A stretch of 51,992 nt of DNA from Bigelowiella natans CCMP2755. Taxonomy: Eukaryota; Protista; Cercozoa. Where the stretch lies: the NCBI GenBank assembly GCA_000320545.1, contig ADNK01003021.1, positions 1-51,992 on the forward strand, in the 5' to 3' direction. Under the pieces are notes generated by a model. That model was not told the origin of the DNA. It made no database searches and saw only the letters and a list, made by a program, of their open reading frames with translations. This document shows, one piece after another, positions 42,793 through 51,992 of the stretch. Each line of letters begins with the position of its first letter. Positions within the stretch are counted from its first letter, which is position 1. The translations under genes were made by a program, and so were the position numbers.

Positions 42793-43455
42793 CACATTTA
42801 TACAAATTAGGTGTTGATGCCGTAACTACCCAAGCGCCATGACGAAGGCAGCAACCAGCACATTCCCTCGCAGCCCATCCTTCAAGTTGACTCTTTTTGA
42901 AGGTAAAGATGTGAGAAAGTGAGGAAGATTATGCAAGAGGTCGATTCATGGTGCTCTATACTAAATCACACAATTGCAATGAGTCCAGCATGTTGTCGTT
43001 CGTCGTAGCTTCTTGTTGGCGTATCGTGGGAGAAGGGGGTGAGGAGGGGAGGGAACAATGCCATTACGTCCAGGTAGCAAGTGGCATGAAAGGCAAGTAA
43101 ATCGCGTAGAAGAGGATCACCACCAAGTTGACCTAACAAATCAAACAGGGGAGAGGAGAACACAACTGATGAAAAGACTCGCCGATCTTAAGTGGCTTCA
43201 CTGTAATTTATCTCAGATCTTTTTGTTGCGGATATGGTCCGTAGAATCAAAAGAATGCATGTCCTCGAATGTGTTTTCTTTTTGTCCAATATCCTCCTCC
43301 CCCCCCTCCTCCTTCTGCTCCTACCGTCGACTCAGACACGTTGTAGAAGTCCTGCGCCTTCCCAGATATCGAAGATATTGCGAGAAATGTCTGCCAAACA
43401 GCAAAGCCAGTGTTGCAAAAACTTAATGCGGAAAGAAAGTCTCCTTCTCTTTCTA

Positions 43456-43500
<45 letters not shown>

Positions 43501-43968
43501 TCTTACCATTCCATTGCCCTGAGCAACAAGGCCAAAGATCCCCAGCATGAGCCATCGCGCAGGATGTGGTTTCTCAGTTCTGAGATGAGAAGTAATTAGA
43601 AACGAAGGCGCGAGGGTAAAGCACTAACTATGGATCGCGTAAAGGCTCTGCAATCATTAGCTTCGTAGATGATGAGAGAATGGGCATGTTTGAGTCAATC
43701 GTGGCATGTCGTGGAGAGAAGAATGATAATTACTTTTCGGTCACGGGATCTAGTCCGTAATTATCAACCTGATTTGTATGATTAACAAGATGTGTGAACT
43801 TTATACGTGTTTTCCTGCATTATAGTTTCTCTCCCCTCTTTACGGTGTTAGTTAGGCAGATACTGTGGAATCAGTCCTCTGCTCTTCTTGATCATGGGAT
43901 ATCTGTGCATACTTGCCGTCTCTAACAGATGAGGCACGAGGTTTCATCTCTCGTGACGGCCTTCCCAT
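37346..43968 (-). CDS. Major facilitator superfamily transporter, FLVCR/SLC49 (MFSD7/DIRC2)-like; ~24 micro-exons; start uncertain
   Basis: Mostly invisible in the ORF track. Spliced minus-strand exons give HPARWLMLGIFGLVAQGNGM|TFLAISSIS..FYNVSEST|VNLVVILFYAIYLP..DGLRGNVLVAA..GCGIR..GTAICAVNGPFIL..SW|FPESERGMAVSIG|VLANQMGMVVG|YLLPPLIV..FKSTPP..NPNFW..GTLLNQNMSPSG|YSDG..LAGKLID. The RW, GLR, WFPxxER, ANQxG, TLLNQ..GYS motif series is characteristic of SLC49. Confidence 0.85.
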
Positions 43969-45097
43969 GTACTATCCAATGCTATGGTGATAGCTGTCTT
44001 TTCTCCTCCTCCCCTAGCCCTCGAGTTTGTCTGCTGGGTGTGGGGATCGAAGACAAAAATTGATATCATGTCGCAGTATGTAAACAAATGCCATTTTAAG
44101 GGTTTTAAGTGTCCTAAATCTTGATGGGAGATGACGGGAGGATTTCGAAGGATTTCTGTCTAGCTTGAAGGCAAAGACAGACTACTTTCGGTCGGTTATT
44201 CTTCGAGTATGCCGTGCTGCTGCTCCCTGACGAGCATGGAGGACATTATCGCTGTAATTGTCAAAGAAAATGGCCTCGCGCGAAATCGACGTTCCGGGAC
44301 TTAATTCTTATCTGTGACTGGAATTCCCGGATGTCGCAATTCGTTAACTTCCTTGGTATGCGACCAATGACACCAATCAGAAGAATTATCACGCAATAGT
44401 CGGGGAGCGGAGCCGCTGTTTCGAAATTATTCCGGGAAACTATCCAAGTCGTATTGGATGAAAAGAATGTTTTTTAAGGATGTGTTTCTCTCATTTCCGA
44501 ACATCTTAATCTGATCCACAGCTGTCCAACCCGCCGACAGGTTGGATCGATCTGGGGAGAGGCGAACGGCGATGCAAGCGTTAACAAACAAGCTGGTTTC
44601 GGGGAAAAGTGGATGGCCACCGCGCGTCGAAGTTGTGCTAAGACAAGGCGTATTAATCTGCTTAGGTGAAAAGTGGTGCGATTTCCGATGTGGAATCTGC
44701 ATGTGACGCTTTCTGTAGTGATGGCAAAGAGCACCATGCAGAACTTACCATCGCCAACAGTTTCGCTTTGACCGATACCCGTTGATAAATGTTCGCGTTG
44801 TTGTCATGCATACCAGGAATTGGTATCCCGATATCTGGCCTCCTGTACGACTCACTTCAGAAGGGGAAATGCGAGCAGAGCGTGAAGGAAAGGGAGAGAA
44901 TAGGTTGATTTCCCCCCGCGATCGGACCTTATCTTATCTATACTCTCACCCTCCACCATAAATTGATTAAACAAAGACCGGGGGAGTGTCTTCGATTGGT
45001 TTTTCTATGAGTTTCCGTAAGCCGCTGAATGCCTTTCTGGTGTCTTTCCGCTGCCTTTTCTTCTTTCCTTCTTTGATTAGCTGGGATCATTCGAGCG

Positions 45098-45307
45098 ATG
45101 ATGAAAAAGAGCACCGAACGCAAGAAGAATGACTTTACAACTTGCTCGCGAATAGCATCTGCGATCAAAGCAGCTCAGGAGGAGGGGGAGAGTGAAGAGC
45201 AGCTTCTCTTGTGGAGAACCGAGCTCAATGGACGCGTGGCCGCAGCCCTGCAGCAAGCTGTGGACAAAAAAGTAGCAGTACTAGTAGTAGTTGTTGTTGT
45301 TGTTGAT

Positions 45308-45343
<36 letters not shown>

Positions 45344-48020
45344 AATCTCCTGCTCCTGCACCACACGTGTATGATGGATGTACATGAGATTATCCTGCGC
45401 TAGTTTTATTTACGCTTTCACCTCTTTCTTTTTATCCTTTAAACGAGTTTACACGATTGTCAGATATATAATATTTTACTCGCTCATTCCTCATCATCTA
45501 TCTCAAGGACGAGAAGTCAGTGACGGGTCTGGTGCGATTATTGGAGAAAAGTCCTGGCAGTTGGGAGACGCTCCCGAGACCGCTGAACAGAAGCATACGC
45601 CGCATGCTTAGAGCCTCTTTCTACAAACGTCTTCGCACAGGTAGTAGTGCGACGACGACGACGATGACAACAACTGCAACAACACAAGAGTCTTATCGAT
45701 GATCCCAAATCAAATTGAATGAGCATGCCAAGCTACGAACATATCGACAGAAAACACAGACAACACCTTTGTCAAGCACATACCTACTGTAAAAGGAGGA
45801 GGTGGGGTGGTGGAGAGGAGAGGCATTCTCGTGCACTACGCTGTACAATCTTCCGAGTTGAATGTAATGTGTTTTTCTTGATTTTTTTGAAAGTGATGAC
45901 GTTGATAGTGGGGCCTGCTCGGTAATCTACGACAACATTGATCATCATCACCATCACCATCACTATCTTGGAAACAAATCGCATCATGAATCACAAAAAC
46001 CGTAAGGAATAACCGCTCCTTCCTCGGTACAGGACGCCTTATCATTAAATGCTCTGTTTCTCTTGTGTACGCGGCAGGTATCAAGGGAAATGGATTCTTC
46101 TGAACGTTGTGGTAATAATAGCGGACTACCATAATTCAACTCCGACTACTATCCTTATATATAGAAAATATATACACGTATAAATGTATCTCGTGGTTGC
46201 TCAGCACGAGGAATCCGTCAGCACCAATTTCCCTTTATCGTTCTCCAAAAACTCTTGACGTACTTGGCCTCCTCATTGTCCCCCCCCCCCCCCCCCCCTG
46301 TTCGATTATTTCCCTTCGTGTCGTGCAGGTCGCCATTGCCTCAGGCGTACTGAAGACGCTGAACCTACGCTACTACCTCAAAGCGCAAGAAGCTGCGCGT
46401 CTGGGAAAAGGCAAGGACATGCTCTTTCTTCCAAATAAATGCACGATGAGTAGAATCATGAGATGATGATGGTGATGATGATGATGATAATGATGCTATC
46501 TTGTCGGAAAAATATTGAAATCTTTACGATCCGGTGCGAAGTCGGTTGTGCTACAATTGCTCCTCACTGCTCTAAAAGCAGAAATCATAGTTTGTTGTTT
46601 CTGATTGGCGGTGTTACTGCTGCTGCTTTTCATGATCAGGCGGCAAAACACTTGTCCAGGGCCTGTTGGCCACGCTCGTTATCTACATTCTTGACATATT
46701 TGTTGATGTGCTGCGGCAGCAGGTACTCCTACCTGTGGTAGTATTTGATAAGAATAGAAGTTGGCAGAGCCAAAACACAAACAGCTGTGCCTGACCCTGC
46801 GTGGTGATGATGATGATGATGGCTGAGCACACTCGAATGAGAAGCAGAATACGCTGCCCTAGCTAGCCTATTTCTGCTCCGTTTTCTTCTTCTCAAAGAA
46901 ATAACTCATCGTGACGTTTTCCTAGACACATTTCTCTTCCTCATGATGAATCAATCATCACCATTGATCGGTTTTGGTTATCATCATCCTCATCATCCTC
47001 ATCCTCATCCTCATCATCGCCCTCCCTCTATGCTGATTTCTCATCGATGTCAATCAACCAGTGTGCGAATCGTGGTGCCGGTGAAATATCCGTGCAGCTC
47101 CAGAGACGCCTCTTCGCAAAGTTGCTCACAGCGGATTGCGCCTTTCATGACGTGAATTATAAGCTGGCAGATAAGGTGATTATTGTGCTGCTGCTGCTGC
47201 TGCTGCTGCTGCTAGTATCCGTGTCTCTCCGCTCCCGCGAGCTCTGCTCTTTTTGACAACATGCGGAAGAAGAAATGTGATGATTCTCGAAAATATATCC
47301 ATTGAGAATGCATTGCTAGTGATGCTACTACTGCTGCTGCTGCTGCTGCTGCTACTACTACTACTACCAATTGCTGTGTGCCTCTCGCCAATGCAATAGA
47401 AATCATGGCTGATATTTATCCCTCGCCTAGAGAGAGCGAGAGAAGGAGGGGGGGAAGGGAAATAGCGAACAGGGGATTCCTGCCGTTGTACCCAGTAATG
47501 TTTCCCCCTATCTTGCTCCTTACTCACGCAATATACTACAACAACAACAACAACAACAACAACAACAGATATATCTTCTTCGTGAAGCAGCGACTTTGGA
47601 TCAAAAGCTTCTTCGTCTGCCTATAGACCTTGCCACTCTCCTTGCCTCACTACTTGCACGCTACTACACGTTGGGGAGGATGAGCATGCGCTTGCTGGTA
47701 ATACTTGGTGCTTTCCACTCAAATAGGAGCATCATCGCCACCAATGAGTCTATATCAGTATGTATTGCTCTGTTTCAACGTTTCCTCAATCCTTTTTCTT
47801 TGTCCCCCCCCCTCAACCTCCCCACCCCGGCTCCGTCGCTTGATTCTCCTGCTCCTCCTATTCGTTGTTAGTGTGCAGTGGGGGTATTCGTTCCAGTGTC
47901 TTCGTGGCTCGCAACAAAGGCAGAACTCTGGGTAACACAGCAGAGAGAGGCGCTGAGGCATGGAACGGAGAGAAGACGGGCCAATGATGCGGCCATTCTT
48001 GGCTCTCAACTCTGCACGGT

Positions 48021-48057
<37 letters not shown>

Positions 48058-48912
48058 CGTTGTCCTGCTCAACTTGATGATAAAATAATGATGCGACACT
48101 AATAGCGCGTTGCAGTAGTAATGGCGAAACAAAAAGTGTATTCTTGCCGTTATTGTTGTATGCTAAAGCAGCAGCCTAGAGGTTCTCCTATGTTGTTCAC
48201 ATCGTGTGTTATTCTCGGCCTTCTCCTCTCTCTCTCGCTTTCTCTTTCTTTCACACATACGAACACACACACACACACACACACACACATAGGTGCGTGC
48301 GTTTGTCCAAGAAACGATTGAGGCAGAGCAGTTTGAGCGTTTCCTCAGGAACAAGGTGGTTTAATGGCCCATAATTACAGCAGCAGACAACGACAAACAA
48401 CAACAGCAATAATAATAATAATACCCAAATTCGTCGAAGAAGAAGTAGAAGGAGAGTCAGTCAAATAGGATGGTAACGAACGATGATTATTATCAAGCGC
48501 AAGGCGCAAATCATCATGGTTCTTTGGGCTCGATTTCCCAAATCTCTCCTCCCTCGCAATTCCTCGTGTGTTGCTGGCGAATACTCTTTTCATCGGGATT
48601 TGATTTGGTTGTGTTGCTTTGCATGCACTCTCTGACGGCGGTCTCGCTTTGATATTTTAAGGTGCGGGAAGAATCAAAGGCCTCGGTCCTCTCCGCAATT
48701 GCAAAGCTGGCTCATGTAACAGAAGAATAAAACAAATTGACACCACACACACACACACACTCGCGCGCGAGGCGCGGGCAAGTAAACACAGTGACACCGA
48801 CACAGGCCATTTTACGTAAGAGAAGCAGATGTGATCATGCATCCATTTGCTATTTCGATCGTAACACATTACGCATCATCGCAGCATGAGGTACATACAC
48901 ACTACTGCATGC

Positions 48913-48949
<37 letters not shown>

Positions 48950-49527
48950 AGTTGCTGCCTCTGCTCGGAAGGTTGGGGGCTCTGCTATACGGCAGTCAAT
49001 TAGTGTCAGATGGATGGATGACCCCATTGCAGCTCGAGGAATTCGTAACAGCGCATGACATTGCTACTGCAGACCTGAGCAGCCTCAAATCTATGGTACT
49101 GCTATTACTACTCCTACTTCTCTACCATGTTCGTTGCTACGTTTAACGGCCGATGATTGCTCGCCTTGCGACTTCTTCGCCATGTCGCAAGTGTGATGAG
49201 ATGATGCACATTTCTCGACGTGCTCGGGGTGCATCTCCAACTGCTCTCTGGGCAGTTCTTATGTTCTTTTCTATGGTTGCTATCGTTGCACGTCGGCTGT
49301 GTGTGGGCCAGATAATTTACCAGGAAGAGAGAATAGAGAGGGGGGGGGGGGGGGGGGGCTCTTTGTGCTGGAGAATACGAATAAATATGTGTTGTTTTTG
49401 TTTGTTTGTATAACATTGTGCATCATCGTCTCGGTGCTGTTACTGTGATCTTAAGATACCTGCTTTGTGGGCTGCATTGGAACCAGCAGCTCGAATCGTT
49501 GAGGTAGGAGAGAGGATATTAATAGTA

Positions 49528-49558
<31 letters not shown>

Positions 49559-49695
49559 GAAAATTAATAGAGAGAAATAAAGAGGGAGAGAGAGAGAGAG
49601 TGAGAAGGAACGACGAAACCATACGTGGTTTGTGGAGATTTGCTGTCATTTCAACAAATTTCTCCTGTTCGTTGTTGTTTTGCACGCTCATCCTC

Positions 49696-49750
<55 letters not shown>

Positions 49751-50200
49751 CATCCCTCTCTCTCCCTCCCTCTTTATTTCTCTCATACCTTCTTCTTTTT
49801 CTCCTTCTTCTTCTCCTTATTTGTCGTGACGTTGTTCAAAACTTCTACTGCTACTACTACCAGGTGCTTAACACACACAATAGAATCGAAAGGCCACTTA
49901 ATGACCAAGTTAGGCCTCCATCTTGGGCAATTAAAGGGTAATCTATTGCTAACTGCTGTTCCTCTTATCTCTCGAATCCACGACGAGCACTTCCTGCATC
50001 ATCGTTGATTATTTACTGATCAATCGGCTCACAAATTAGCATGAATGCACGTTCCTCATCGTCATCGTAGCAGCTGATAATATATATCGTACGTAGTTGT
50101 TGTATATATAAATCGTGCCCTCTGTATCTTTATATTGCGAATAAATAAATAAATGAATGAATAACTAATCAAATGCTACCAATCACTGTTTTGAGTATAT

Positions 50201-50234
<34 letters not shown>

Positions 50235-51190
50235 CATAGTAGCAGTACCTTCTTCTCACAAATGCGAAAGTAATCGAACGATTACGGTTGTATCTGATGT
50301 TAGTCTCATCTTTGTCGTTTTCTACTGTTCGCTCTCTCCCCCCCCCCCCCCGGTCCCTCCTACTCCCATGTCGTATTGCTACCGCTGCAGGGCAAACGGG
50401 GATTATGCTCCGCTTTCCATCGAATTCAAAGACGTGCATTTCCACTACCCGAACAGACCGGTAACACGATAACTCTCAAACCATCATTTGACGATGATGA
50501 TGATGATGATGACGATGATGATGAGGTTGGGGAGGAGGAGGGTAGGAAAACATCTTTACACTTTGTTTTAATGCAACGATTCCACCAGGACGTGAAGGTG
50601 CTAAGAGGCGTGTCGTTTAAGATAAATGCCGGTTCCAAAGTGGCGATTGTAGGGCCATCCGGAAGTGGAAAATCCACCGTTCTAGCACTAATCCAACGCT
50701 TCTACGAGCACACCGAGTAATTGATGGAGAAACGAATGAATCAACCAATCAATCGCACCATTGTAGCATCATGATGATGATGATGATGATGAGAATGATG
50801 ATGATGATGCGGCAGCCTTTTTCCGGAAAGCAGCTCAAAGAATCACAGCAGAGACTAAGACTTGATGTGTGCTGCTGTCACATTCAATTTGTTACGAATC
50901 GATCATATCTCGGCGAGTAATTATTTGTGGGCATTCTTCCTCCTCCTCCTCCCCCTCCTCCTCCTCCTCCTCCTCCTTTTGATTACTATGCTCCTATCAT
51001 CGTCACCGTACTTGTCTCTTCTTCCTATCAGTGGTAATATTCTTATTGACGGTCACGATATTAAAGAATATGATCCAAGATGGCTACGAAGGTTGCAGTA
51101 CTACCAGTAGTTTGTAGATGTGGTAGCAGTGCTCGTTATGGTCATGCAAATTTACTCCTTCATTGCTGCGTTTTTCGTCCAAGTATACAC

Positions 51191-51227
<37 letters not shown>

Positions 51228-51229
51228 CC

Positions 51230-51264
<35 letters not shown>

Positions 51265-51583
51265 CTACATATGTGTGTGTATGCATATTATTTGTTTTTA
51301 TTTATTTGTATCTTTATCAATTGTTCATGAAATCACATCGTTGCAGTGAGCTGCTCATTAAGAGAAAGCATCTTCTTCTTCTTCTTCTTCTTCTTCTTCT
51401 TCTTCCATGATCAATCGTTGGTGCTTATCCATGCCGGCCACCTCGTTTCTTTCTTTCATTTTCCCTGTCTTTCCCTCCTCCTCCTCCCCCTCCTTCTCTG
51501 TAATATAGGCTTATAGCAGTAGTGTCACAGCGATGTGTTGTTTTCCCTCGAGATGTTATCTCGAATATCGCTCTTGGAGGAGG
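45098..51583 (+). CDS. ABCB-type ABC transporter (TM domain + NBD) with long N-terminal extension; continues beyond window end
   Basis: TM-domain remnants ([20 protein letters not shown]; T|[14 protein letters not shown]; [13 protein letters not shown]; AARIVE) and [17 protein letters not shown]|[30 protein letters not shown] (Walker A ~50653-50679), [20 protein letters not shown]|LIAVVSQ. Assignment of the 45098 exon as first exon is tentative. Confidence 0.85.
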
Positions 51584-51626
51584 TAAGGGGGGGGGTGGGG
51601 GGAGGTGGCAGCATTGCTACTTGTTA

Positions 51627-51657
<31 letters not shown>

Positions 51658-51728
51658 CTCATCGTCGTGAGTTGTTGTTCTCATCGTCGTGAGTATACGA
51701 GCAACCATTTGTGTGTATTAGTGCTGGT

Positions 51729-51764
<36 letters not shown>

Positions 51765-51992
51765 AAGTAGTAGTAGTGGTAGTAGAAGTAGTAGTAGTGG
51801 TAGTAGTAGTGCTATTTGTAATGATGATGATGGTGGTGATGATGATGATGATGAGTGGAAATTTCATGCTATCGAGTAGTTGTAATACTGGAAATGATTA
51901 TTTTTCATCGGAAAGACCGACATCATGTCTTCATTATCCCCCATCATCGCACTATGAAATCCGTGTGACACGTCGCATTAAACACTACCACG

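Overview
Eukaryotic nuclear DNA (standard code, GT-AG spliceosomal introns) from an extremely intron-dense, microsatellite-rich protist. It is probably plastid-bearing, since it carries a HIL1-type galactolipase; a chlorarachniophyte-like alga is my guess, not a determination. Most short ORFs in the supplied track are microsatellite noise. Splicing exons by eye gives nine genes: ISWI remodeler (+, 5'-truncated), Cys-rich multi-pass membrane protein (-), GH3 beta-xylosidase (-), histidine phosphatase (+), HIL1-like lipase with an apparent second C2 domain (-), Q/A/P-rich single-pass protein (+), mitochondrial-type IF2 (-), FLVCR/SLC49-like MFS transporter (-) and an ABCB-type transporter (+, 3'-truncated). 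The most striking unexplained signal is non-coding. Two sharply bounded ~0.8-0.9 kb intergenic islands (11980-12775, 36381-37300) have almost no TpA, and the survivors sit only in CTA/TAG (mostly CTAG or its half-sites). A partial version occurs in all three convergent spacers and none is evident in the divergent spacers. This looks like the footprint of a targeted, context-specific A-to-G (T-to-C) hypermutation process acting downstream of gene 3' ends. Counts and exon boundaries are manual and may be off by a few bases.
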